64,000 nucleotides of DNA from Chrysomallon squamiferum (taxonomy: Eukaryota > Animalia > Mollusca): assembly GCA_012295275.1 (NCBI GenBank), contig CM022672.1, forward strand, positions 22,134,001 to 22,198,000. The letters run 5' to 3'. Under the pieces are notes generated by a model. That model worked only from the letters and a program-made list of their open reading frames with translations. It ran no database searches and had not been told where the DNA came from. Below, in pieces: positions 40,906-52,900 of this stretch (positions are counted from its first letter, which is position 1; every line of letters begins with the position of its first letter). The translations under genes were made by a program, and so were the position numbers.

Positions 40906-42509
40906 CAATTTTAAATTGCATCGATTTGATATTTTCGCGTATATTTTTGTATCGATAAGTAAATATAAATCTGTATTCACCCACGTAAATATGTTATGGC
41001 GCCTACAATTATCTATAACCGTTTATGTTTGAAACTTGTATTTAGAATAACGATGTTCACTTATTATTCACTAACGTCCCATTCATAATTATGCTTTAAG
41101 AATAAACATCTGCATAAACATATCAGCCAAGTTCTTTGATGTCGTAGTTTGGTATACATTTGTCTGTGGCTGAGTAATAATATGACAGTGATGGATGGAG
41201 AAAAGTAATGATGGTGGAATTGCAATGATTGCTGTGAAAATCGGGTTACATGACAACGCGATACAAAAGTCTTAGTCTGCGCCGCGCTCTAAATCATTAG
41301 CTAGCTCTGTGAAGTAACTATTTTCAATTCTGGGTCAACGATTGTACAGATATTTTCCCCGAAGCCTGTGGCATCCGGACCATAATTATTTATTCCTACG
41401 TGTAGGAATCCACGAAAAACGTTTAAATGGTTTCGTACACACACGAGTACAGCTTTTCGAAGATGCGTTCGTTTCAACAGTTTTCTTTCCTTTTGCAAAC
41501 TGGTCATCATTGCTTTGTTGCAGATTGAAAAATCATGGTTAAAAATTTCATTCTTAATGATAAGCATCAAAACGTTAATTTAGAAATTATATTAGGGACT
41601 TTGGTATTCAAATTTTATTTTTACGTTTTAAGAGGAATCCACGTACAGATTCGAGCTTCAAGTTATCCTTACATCTTAATGCCGATGTTTTTCTCATATT
41701 TTTTTTTATATATATTCATATCTTCTCTCCCACAATGGTAACCTAAGGCGATGTTTAACGCTTACGATACGCTTATAGACTCTAACGTAGATACTGCGTA
41801 AGTGACTTTGGCATTCAAATCTTCCACGCGTCTGTGGGGGACTGAAGAAAAGATTCGAGCTTTACGACAAACGTCTACAAATCTTAACGCATATTTTCCC
41901 TAGTGGTTTCCGTTGACCTAACACATCTCATTGTTCTACGAGATCACAAAGACATGTTCCAGGTCTGAGTTGCTGCACACAAGTATTATTCCAGTGTCTC
42001 AGTTTTCCAGCCATAAGATATTCTATTCTTCAAACTACAATAATACGCAGATATTACTATAGTACTACTTCTCCTTTTTTTTGAGATACAAAGCATAAAT
42101 ATTATTCGAGTGTATTAGGTATCCTGATGTAAAAATTCTTCTTTAATACGCATGTTCAATAATATTATCTTGATACTACTACTTCTGCGTCTTCTAATCA
42201 AGAAAAACAAATTTCGAATGTAGAAATTAATATGCAGACATCGACCATTGTTATGGTTGTCCTAATACTGTTATTAGTTAAAAACAATTTCGAATGTGAA
42301 GATTACCGTTATGATTTAATATCTTAACCTTCTCTGCTCTGTAGAATATTAAAAAATTAAAATGTCTGAGCTTTAAAATACACGTAAAAACCTTTACAGC
42401 TGATACTTCTACACAAACACTTTCCAGGTGTTTGACATCGTCGTACAAATCAATAAAGATGTTCGAAAATTAATTTAGAATTACCTTCCAGTGAAAGGAA
42501 ATACGCGAA

Positions 42510-42548
<39 letters not shown>

Positions 42549-42687
42549 AAATTAAAAAACGAGAAAATGAATCTAAAATTTGAAATATGATATCTATTAA
42601 AAAAAATAATAATAAATTTAAAAATTGATGACCATCAGGCGCTGCCAACACGTGCAAAATAAAACCACACACAAAAAATAAACACAA

Positions 42688-42718
<31 letters not shown>

Positions 42719-43434
42719 TACTTTAATCTGTTTGTATAATCACCAAGAAACAACAATTAGATTTGTTTACTATTTCTCCTGTTTTCCTTTTTTTTTTCTT
42801 TTTTTTTTTTTTTTTTTTTTGCCTCATTTAGTCAAGAGCAATTAACTGATTAATGACAAAGAATAAATTATTAACATACTTTAATTAGTACATAATTAAA
42901 GATGCATTCTTACCATTTCTTACTGATCAATAATTAGTATCTGTTTTACTGGACTGCATCAGTGAAAGGTTAAACAGCATTATGCTAAGTTGAAATACAG
43001 TAAGCAATAACAAACATTTTTTTATATTATCATAATTTCCTTTTCAGACTGTAAATTATTTTTAAGTAATGGTTTTCTGGCAAATTACTTCAGTAATTTA
43101 TTCATAATATTCATCACATTACAGACTCCTCGGTTTATTTCTAGATACAAATTAATTTATCTCTGGGAGGCAAAATACACGTCTTGCACACGATACAGTA
43201 ATGCAATTATTTTGAATGCAATAATTAATAGCGCTAAGTACAATATGAAACACAAAGTCATACGTAGAACTGAATATTTGGTTTCATCTTAATAAATATA
43301 TATAAATAAAGTATGTGTCGACGTACGTGGAAACACTCTAAGAAACAAATTTTTTTTTTTATTTCTGTTTTTCTTTTTTTGTCTTGCATCTTGTTACCGC
43401 TGTTATCATAAGTTTTGAATGTAATAACAGTTGT

Positions 43435-43551
<117 letters not shown>

Positions 43552-43974
43552 AAATGCTAAAGGTATTTTTCCTATATTCTAAAAGCTGAAATATTTGACT
43601 GCACACAAAGCACATTATTTTATAATTGCTTCAGATATACCAGTACATAAACATTGATTTATGACGGTTTTTTTTTTTTAACTTAGACAAATCTCCAATA
43701 TCGTGTTTATACGAACAGAAAGACACAAACACATTTTATCGATATGACATTCAGTTGCAGAGAAATATATTTTTAATTAAACAAGGTCGGCATAACATAT
43801 TGTTAGTTCATGTAATGGAAGTAATACAGACTGAAAGAAATCTGTGATACAGTAAACGTATCCCAGTGGTGTACGTATGTTCAAAGTCTGACTAATATTT
43901 TCTCGTGTTTTTATATGAAATTTGATCTTTTGGAACATTACAAGATAAAACAAGTTATGCTTTATGCACCCAGT

Positions 43975-44097
43975 ATAATGATTTTATTTTTAAACTACGG
44001 TTAAATGGCGTCATATGTTTAAGAAACTAAACAATGGTCTACTCTTACTCGATTAGCGACAAGATGTGGTTTTATATGCGCCTTCCCACGGGCAGTG
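43975..44097 (-). mobile_element. SINE remnant (central/3' part) of the same family
   Basis: TACGGTTAAATGGCGTCATATG...CTACTCTTACTCGATTAGCGACAAG...TTTTATATGCGCCTTCCCACGGGCAG matches my recollection of a gastropod SINE antisense strand. It is also related in inverted orientation to 46671-46713. Confidence 0.5.
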
Positions 44098-44409
44098 TTT
44101 TGTTTGAATATGTAATAGAACATTAACAGAATAGCCAAAAAAAAAAAAAAAAAAAAAAGTATAAAACAGAAATCATTTTACATAGATTAATAATGAAAAA
44201 ATGAAACGATTTTTATTACGTACAAAGAATACGACCTGACGGCTAATGTGAATTTTAAATTAACTGTTGTTTACAATTATATTCACTATAATGCATAATT
44301 CAGTAATGTAATTTTTGAAAGAAAAACACTACTGAATAAATTATATCGTTGCAGGTGGTCGGACGAAAATAAAAAAAAATAAAAAAAAAAAATAATAATA
44401 ATAATAAAA

Positions 44410-44455
<46 letters not shown>

Positions 44456-45404
44456 GTAGTAATATTATAAAATATAAATAAATAAATAAATAAATAATAT
44501 TTCCCAATTTTAACTTTTTAAAATAATACAATGTTTATAACTCCTTTTTTAATTATTAATTTTAATTATTCTTTTTTATATTATTTTTATTTTTGTGTTA
44601 ATATTATTTATTTATTTGATTATTTCTTTATCATTATTAACCACTAGACCTGGTAGACATCTTTTATTTTTCGCTACCCAGAAAATATACACTATCAGTG
44701 TTTCTCATTAAATACTATTCTATCAATAACGTTGATAGTTAAGACATAATTCTTGGACCCCGTGTGTGGCAAAGAGAGACGATATTTGTAACATCTTGCA
44801 TGCTACACATTTCCCAATCCAATAAACTACACAAAAACATTGAAAATTTAAGAATCAGAATTTGGTAACTGAAAGAAGAAGAAGAAAGAATACTGAAAAT
44901 TTATAAAATTAATTCCAAAGTTTAGTTTTGTGACAATGGTCAAGATATGAGTTTCATAATGTATTTTATCACAAGACAAAAGTGACTGTTATTAACCGAG
45001 TTAGATTCAAAACCGTCATCACGTCTTTTACCCGCAACAAAACAGTTTTTAACTTCACTACTCTGTTATTTAAGAGATGTTCAATTGTTAGAAAGTATTT
45101 AAATATAACTGATAACCGGTTCTTGTACCGTCAGTGCACAGTTTAAAATTTTAAATAAGTGACATGTCAGTCATAAACAACTGGTCGACAATTTCCTACA
45201 TCTGTTACTGTATCAGATTCCGTATTTTTCAGCTTGTAACAGTTTGCATTCTGCATCCCCGGTTTCAATGATATCACTGCGTTATGTGTACGTGTTTTTA
45301 TATGTAGATTAGATAGTAGGTAGGTAGGTAGGCAGGTAAATTATTTAAGTGGATGCGTACGTATATTCAAAAAATTATACAAACTGTTTTATGAAAACGT
45401 TACT

Positions 45405-45465
45405 ATTCTATTTAACACGACACTCAACTATTTCTTCGTTTTTATGGTCTACGAATGTGTCAAAC
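45405..45465 (-). mobile_element. Possible short SINE 3'-end remnant
   Basis: TATTTAACACGACACTCAAC...TATGG...GTCAAAC resembles the recalled antisense tail of the same SINE group. It is short and degenerate. Confidence 0.25.
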
Positions 45466-45554
45466 TAAATGCGTCTGCGCAGCATTTCAGTATTTTTGTT
45501 CTGCAAAGAATTTTTTTAAAAGTTTTGTCAGATAAAGTAAAACCTGAAACGTAC

Positions 45555-45633
45555 CTTCATCCTCGTACTGGGGTCCCCACTCCTCCTCCCCCTCGTCACT
45601 GGCGTCGTACATGTAGTAGCGCGGAGTACTCAT
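45555..45633 (-). CDS. Putative first coding exon of an unidentified large gene: MSTPRYYMYDASDEGEEEWGPQYEDE plus 1 nt (phase-1 intron follows)
   Basis: GC-rich, GC3-biased codons (TAC, GAC, GAG, CGC) in an AT-rich background. It runs from ATG at 45633-45631 to a donor AAG|GTACGT (GT at 45554-45553). An in-frame stop lies 11 codons upstream, and a promoter-like island lies ~400 bp upstream. No downstream exon was recognised in the window. Confidence 0.6.
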
Positions 45634-45686
45634 TTGCCGGTAATCCAGACCACGATAATCCTTTTACATGTTGTCAAAGAACTCAC

Positions 45687-45890
45687 TAATCCACGGATAA
45701 TCATCACAGATATTTAGATATATACATATACATACATGAGAAGAAGAAAGAAGGAAAAAAAAATAAAACACCGGTAGCTCCGTCTTTACTGAATCTCGAA
45801 TTATTAATTATTATTATTATTTTTTTTTTTTAAATAATAAATAAACAAAACAAATAACAAAACAAAATAACTTGGCGCCAGAGCTAAAAA
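45687..45890 (+). repeat. Dispersed direct duplicate (copy 2, likely the source; probable 5'UTR of the minus-strand gene)
   Basis: Same blocks as 40719-40905. It lies between the promoter-like island and the candidate ATG. Confidence 0.95.
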
Positions 45891-45989
45891 AAAAACTATG
45901 AAAACACCAACTTTAGACCATTGCTAATAGAAAAATGTGGCCGTGCTGTCAACACACAGTATAGTGGCAATCAATAATTATCGCAAAAT

Positions 45990-46340
45990 TACTTTAAAAT
46001 GGCGAAGTCAGTTTTATTCTACGTAGCGTCGAGTACTTTGTACGCCACTCACACAGCTAGCGCAGGACTTGACAGTCGGCAGCTTGCGGATGAAACGAGA
46101 GCTGCGATTGGTCGCGCGCAGCGAGCGCCTCCCATTGTTGTCGATGAAAGTGGAGCGATCCCAAGGACTCGGGGACAGTTCTGCAGGTAGATAGATTATC
46201 GATTTCGGTTAGATCTTTCACCGAGTTTTCTTTCCAAGCACAGCGATGCTTTCGCCAATCTGCGAGACTGATAGCTGACAATAAGACGGGTCGCGTGCTC
46301 TGACGTAATGAAGCGCGGTCTCCCGGCAGAACTATAAGGG
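45990..46340 (-). promoter_or_regulatory. CpG-rich promoter-like island, probably driving the minus-strand gene
   Basis: Dense CpG/GCGC content. Motifs: CCAAT on the minus strand (plus ATTGG ~46107-46111), a second CCAAT ~46255 on plus, CRE-like TGACGTAA 46301-46308, and YY1-type AAAATGGCG ~45996-46004. It lies directly upstream of the candidate exon. Confidence 0.5.
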
Positions 46341-46539
46341 GGCACTTAAAACGTATACATTGATTAAATTTCTTTTAATCTGATAATGAAATGGGAAATA
46401 TCAGCGTAGTGAGCATCGGCATTACATAGATAATAGTAAATTAGAGAGCAGTAAACATAATGGAAATTATAATTAAGGAAGCAGCCAATTTCACCAGTGC
46501 CAAAAGAAGAGACATAAAAACACCAGAGGCACGAAAATG

Positions 46540-46715
46540 AATTTGTAGCTCATTGGATAGAACGCTTGCTTCTGGTGTGGTTGGTCATAAGATCAGTCCT
46601 CAGAAGAAACAGTATTGACTTTGTCTACTCCTGTTTTGGACAAATATCCAAGACAGTACCACATATCTTCCTGTCTATGAGAGTGTAAATATATACGAAC
46701 ATTTGTTGCTATTCC
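46540..46715 (+). mobile_element. Decayed tRNA-derived SINE (head plus central domain)
   Basis: A-box TAGCTCATTGG at 46546-46556 followed by ATAGAACGCTTGC, and a degenerate B-box near 46589-46599. Segment 46671-46713 aligns loosely with the reverse complement of 44050-44095. It resembles gastropod SINEs from memory. Confidence 0.5.
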
Positions 46716-46968
46716 ATAAACATATGGTAGTAATATGTTTTGGCTCTTAAACAGCATTTTCGACAGCTTTTAGCATCTGATTTTAAAGTGAAATATCGAT
46801 AACCAAAGAGTTCTTAACCAAAGAGTTTATTTTATCTGATATCAGAAGAAACCAAACTTAACTGGATACAAGAACGAAACAAAAAAAAAAAAAAATTCAG
46901 CTATCGCTAATCGAAGACCATTACATAGAAATTTCTCCCACCAGGTCGTTAAGAAATTTTCTCCATGT

Positions 46969-47002
46969 CCCTAACCTTGACCCTGACCCTGACCCTGACC
47001 CT
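46969..47002. repeat. Short telomere-like hexamer tract CCCTAA/CCCTGA
   Basis: CCCTAACCTTGACCCTGACCCTGACCCTGACCCT. Confidence 0.7.
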
Positions 47003-47357
47003 TCTAAATCCTCGATCATCACAAATATCCCTATAAATCTGAGGCCTGTAATGATAGCGCTGTGGAGGCTGGTGGTTTGCCGCTGTTTACACGGGCCTGC
47101 GACAGTGGATGTTAACATCCGATGAGTGTATTGTCACGGAGCGGATCAATAAAGAAAGCCTAATTAGTTTCAGCTGTGGCACATGTACTAATCGCTTTGT
47201 CAGCGACGTGGAGCACCATTTAACACTGTTAATCCAGGACAACGTTTTGCAGACAGAGAGGACTGCCACTTTCTTGTTGACATTATTTGTTTCAGTGTTA
47301 TTTAAGTCCACTGAGCAAACGCGTATGGCCAATTAATTTTAATATATAAATCTTTGT

Positions 47358-47359
<2 letters not shown>

Positions 47360-47439
<80 letters not shown>
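47360..47439. repeat. (CT)n microsatellite
   Basis: Perfect run. Confidence 0.95.
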
Positions 47440-47443
<4 letters not shown>

Positions 47444-48627
47444 CATCTTCAGCCAGGATTAACTCTTTAATTCGTTCTTTTAGTGTTTGTTTGTTTCTTG
47501 GTTGTCATTTTTGCTATGGTAACATCTTCTTCTATGTTTTAATTATACTTCCTTATTTTCTGTTTGTTTTTGTGTTGTTGCTTTGTAGTTGGTTTTAAAA
47601 AAAAATTATTATTCCTCTTAATATCTGCACACTGAACAAACAAATATTTTCTTTCTCGTATATGCAGCCTTGACACGTTATATATTTTATACCAGCTACA
47701 ACAAGCCCAGAGTCTAAATACTATGATTCTAACAGATTCCTGATATCAGCAACATCGAATCTAACAACACAGTTTAAAAGTACCTGCAGTTTATGGCTGA
47801 TGTCGTTTCCTTGTTTTGAAACTGTTTGTAAGCACATCTTTGTATCCATGATGTAGAAATATGAATTGTGCCTACCTGTTTACGTAGATGTTACATTTAA
47901 GTGGTTAATTACATAATTTAAAAATGGCATGGAATATTAACGTTAAATAAATATAATAATTATAGTTATTTTGTGGACGTAAGGTTGTAATCATTTCGAT
48001 GATGATGATGACGATTATTATTGTTGTCGTTGTTGTTGTTGTTGTTGAAAAAATAAAAATAATATTAATTATTTATTTATTTAAAATACATTTCAAGAAC
48101 AAATCTCACTTTTCTTTGTAAACAAAATGTTGTGATAATGATGACGACGATTAAAACCACAACAAAAATAACAATAATTGAACTATAACCGTAATATTAT
48201 ATTATGACGTCAATAATGTATGACGCCTGTTATTTATGACGCCATTGTTGTTATGACTTCATTTTATTATATTCAGCGTAGAAAGATATACTTTTAATAT
48301 TGACTCTTAGTTATTGATAACAGTGCCTATAATTATTACTTTTTTTTAAATATTTAAATTAGTTAATCGAATTCGCACCATAAAGAAAATGCGATATACT
48401 GTTATAGTAGTTAGACGTTGTTGTTTCAGTGAGAAAGTGCATACGTTAGCTTACTCGTTTTTAAAAATTATAATAATCTTTATGTTAAATTATTATTTTT
48501 TTTTTTATCTAAAGTATAATTAATAAACTAGAATAAAAATACCTAATAATCTCTTAAATCAAACAAAATTATCCGTTAAAATAATTTCTTTAATAATTAA
48601 AAACACACTAAAAGATGTGCATAATGC

Positions 48628-48632
<5 letters not shown>

Positions 48633-48716
<84 letters not shown>
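48633..48716. repeat. (AG)n microsatellite
   Basis: Perfect run. Confidence 0.95.
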
Positions 48717-48719
<3 letters not shown>

Positions 48720-49810
48720 ACATCGAACAACTGTTGTTATCTAAATTAGTTCAAATCATTGATGGACCCAGAGAATATAAAAAGAGAGGGTTTCGTGAAT
48801 TTAACTTTAACAATGATTTGCATTTCATTATGATGAGAAGACATCTTTTGACAGGCCAGTTATTGTCTTCTAACCCTCACTAGATCCGTGCATGCATGTA
48901 TAAAGGCAGACAAAATTATAAACAGAAAAAGTTTAAAAAAACAAAAACATTATGAAATAAAATATGACGCTCGCAACAGCTTGTGCCCATTAAAATTGTA
49001 TTGCCTCGACACTAACTATCAAAAATAGAGTAAGCGTTGAACTTTATTCTTCATTATGCTAAAGCGGCCGATTTCCCAGTCGAGACAAAAACAGTGTCCC
49101 TGGAGACGGTGTCCGGAAATTAATAGAGTTATGTCCCCAGCTCTGGCTAATAGTTTAAATGTTACATGTAAGATTTTTATTTTTTGTTTTCTTTTTTTTT
49201 TTTTCTTTAAATTCCTTTTTTTTTTGTAGTGAGTTCTTGTAAGACAAGTGACGTGTGATTACTTGTGGTTAATGTTTTTATTGTTGTTGTTGGTGGTGGT
49301 GGTGGTGGTGGGGTGGTGGCGTTGGTGTTGGTGTTGGTGTGTAATAATAATAATATTATTATTATGATTATTATTATTATTATTATTATTATTATTGTTG
49401 TTGTTGTTGTAGTGAAAACAATTTAGTTTTTATTCGCTAATATTTTGGCAAGACAGTGTGAGCAATAACATATTTTTAGTAAATTATATACTGAATGCTA
49501 CGCTAGAAATGTCTTGCTTAATATTTATATAATTACCAAATTTACCTCTTTATTCAGAATTTCTTGCTGTGACGAAGCGCCAGCTTAAATGTTTGACTGT
49601 GATGCATATTTGATATTGAACACAATATTTCTTTTCAGCGAAGTGATAATTAATGTTTCACTAACGAAGTACGTAGTTCTCCGCTGTCACAAACCTCAAG
49701 AGAAAAATATTTTCAAAGATTGCATAATCATATAATAAAATCATATAATAAAGAGCTTGCTGTTTTTCCTTTTTGATGGTGTTTTTTCTTCTGTAGGTGT
49801 CTGTCTGTCT

Positions 49811-49828
49811 GTGTGTGTGTGTGTGTGT

Positions 49829-49882
<54 letters not shown>
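49811..49882. repeat. (GT)n microsatellite
   Basis: Near-perfect run. Confidence 0.95.
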
Positions 49883-49884
<2 letters not shown>

Positions 49885-49955
49885 CCGAGAAAGAGAAGAG
49901 AACCGAGACAAGGAGACACTGAAAGACATATATTAATTAGTAGTATTTATATCAG

Positions 49956-49988
<33 letters not shown>

Positions 49989-52900
49989 TTGTGTTTGACA
50001 GTGTGTGACCATATGTCCATGCACATATAAAAATGCCTGATCACAAGTACATAATAAGGTATCTGGATGCATATGTTCTAATTTGTTCAAAATACACATT
50101 TTAAATATTTTAATATACAACGCATATATATCACTTGGTTTTTTTTTAACACATTTCACTCTGGCGTGTTTTTACTGGTGTTTTTACATATATATATATG
50201 TATATCATGAAGATCGTTAGTGATAAAAGGGACAATAACAGTTTATTCAAGTGCACAGATGTAATGTTGGTCATTATCCACCGAAACATTTCATATTGAT
50301 CCGTCAGTCTCTCCTTCTGCTTTCGACAAATGCTGCAACACGGTTAATTATTAATGAACAGCAGAATAATAATTATCATTCGATGAAGCATTGCTTACTG
50401 ACTTCAGAGCGGCAGACACAACATTGCCAGTGAAGTGTAGATTAATATAATTTGATTTAATATTAGCATTCATTTTATTTTATGTCGTGATGACATATTC
50501 AGAGCTGTTTTGACGACGTCAGCGTCTGCTTTTATAGACGCGTTTGTGCGTGTGTGTTTGTCGCTAATCTGTTTTTGTGTATATATGTTTTTAACGTGTG
50601 CATGGTTATTTGTTTATTTATATGTTTGAATGTGTTTGTATGCTATACAGAATATGTAAAACCGTATTTCCAGCAGTGGTTGTTTTTGGCTTTGATTGGT
50701 CACACAGTGGATCCTTCTCAGTGTTATCAAATGGGATGGCATGTGCCGTCGTGTCTATGAGAACATTCATTAAAAAACATTCCTGCATTTGATCAGTAAT
50801 ACTGGTGTAGCGTTAGTATTTGCTTTAGCTGAAGTGGTTAAACGTGTGTGCGTGTGTGAAGTGTGTGTGTGTTGTTATAGATACATAAATGCATATATAT
50901 ACAGGCGAACACACATAAAAACTCATTAACACACATAATTATATAAAGATACATATTTATATTCGTATGTGTATATACGCATATAATTATGTATGTACGT
51001 ATGTAAATGTATGAGAGAGAAAAAAAAGAGTTAACAATACTAAAACAGTAACAATACTGCCAAGATCTGAATCTCGTTCTAATACATTTATAACAAAACA
51101 CCATGGTAATTTATGCCAAACAAGACTTAAAATTAACGCCCTTTATAAAAATAAACGCTAACGCTGAGTTTATTTAATAAAAATTCTTATTTCCGAGCTC
51201 AAGTGACAAAGCCATTTGCCGAACGTGGCTGACCTGGTGTTGATGAATGCCTTTCAGGTCAAGGTCACAGAACACTTGTTTCTTTCACTTCCTGTGCATC
51301 AATTACAGGCAACAGCTGTCGTTGATAAAAAATCAATAAAAGTAGTATATCTTAATCAATAGGCGTTCACTCAGCTATTTATTTATTTCTTCTTTTTTTT
51401 TAAACTCCGGATGTCACTGATGATATCCCTTCAGAAAAGAGTATCATCAGAGTGAGAGAATTCACAGTTAACAACAACAGCTACTTTATTTAGCGGCTGT
51501 TAGAAGAGATGAATGCGGTTGCTGTGTCTTAAACTCATTCCTGAAGAAGGCCAACCCAGAATGAAATCCAGAAATTCGACGGAAAGAAGACCGCTGCCGT
51601 AGCTGAGGTTTACTCTTTCTACCGAAAGCAACTGTAAAATTTAATTGCAAAAATTATCCCCGCTGATGTGTTTATGCCCAATGAAATAAATCTGTTTGTA
51701 CATGGAGCCGAATCACATGGATGAATCTAAGACGAATCTAAAGCTAACCCCCTGCGTTCAAATAGGTTTGCTTCCTTTTCCTTGGCTTTTTATAAATCGC
51801 CAGCTTTGAACAAATGTAATTGAAAAATGGAACAAATAGAATAAGAGCAGCAATTCGATTGCTTGCAATGTTCTCTGCAGTAAATTGGTATAAATTTAAT
51901 TAGCCCCAGGCACGACATTTAAAAATGAAAGGAAGCAGGAGATTAAAGAAAAGGGGAGGGAATTACGGTTGTTATTTTGAAATTTCTTTATTAAAATAAT
52001 AGTAGAACAATTTAGAATTAGGACACAATCCGAGGATGGAAATGAAGATAATTGCATCATCCTATTCTTAAATAATCATTTATAAAAAAATAAAAATAAT
52101 AATAATTAAAAAAAATTAAAAAATGTATAGAATCAATAGTTTCTTCTATTCATTTAGTATAAGGATACCAAAATCAAAAGGTCAAAACATTTTCGCGAAT
52201 TCTTCGCTAAATGCTTGGTTGATCTGCACTGGTAACTAACCAAGTTTAACTCGATTCCCGACGTGAAGACGTCAACATTGCCATGATAAGGCTGTGCAGG
52301 TTCGCTGCATCTCGAAACGAACGCGCTGACTGGAGGGCAGCTGTCAGTCATCTTGATCTCGGACGCAAGAAGATTCAAAGAAGAAGAAAAAAACAAAAAA
52401 AAACAACGAAGAGGCTTGCCACTAAATGTTGAAACCACTGACAGTATCGGCGCACTCTGACGAAACAGATATCTGTCCAATCAAGAATTATCTGCGCCAG
52501 TCTGAAGTCGACCAAAAACAGCTGAAATCGAGTGAAGTTACTTAATTAATTTTTGTGCCGCATTTAGAAACTTTTTCACGCATTAGGAGAATATTTTTAA
52601 AATCAAGTGACAGTGTTCAATACCAAAATTGGTTTTGTTACCAGTGTGTGGCGCTAGTTACTGTCCTAATTAATACCGATATAGAACAGTCACTATTATT
52701 TCAACGTTGATCAGTTCTGCTAGTTCTGCTTCTACAACGTCATCAGTCATTGCTACAGTTGTTACCGCGTCTGTTGTTGATTATGTTAAACGTTCTGAGG
52801 TTGCTTTTACCATTGATTCTGCTGTTATTACTATTACAACCTCTACTGTTGAAACAGCGAATATTACTAAAACTATTACTGCTGCTGGTGGTAGTACTAT

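Noticed and set aside
45999-46190. Plus-strand 63-aa ORF MAKSVLF... in the CpG island
   Set aside because: No recognisable protein. The ATG is part of a YY1-like motif, and open frames are expected in GC-rich promoter DNA.
44050-46713. Inverted SINE pair flanking the exon as a circRNA-promoting duplex
   Set aside because: The copies are short and too diverged to pair stably, and one lies upstream of the inferred transcription start.
46969-47002. Interstitial telomere or chromosome-fusion scar
   Set aside because: Only ~5 units, mostly the CCCTGA variant and in a single orientation. It is better explained as an ordinary microsatellite or a transposon-internal tract.
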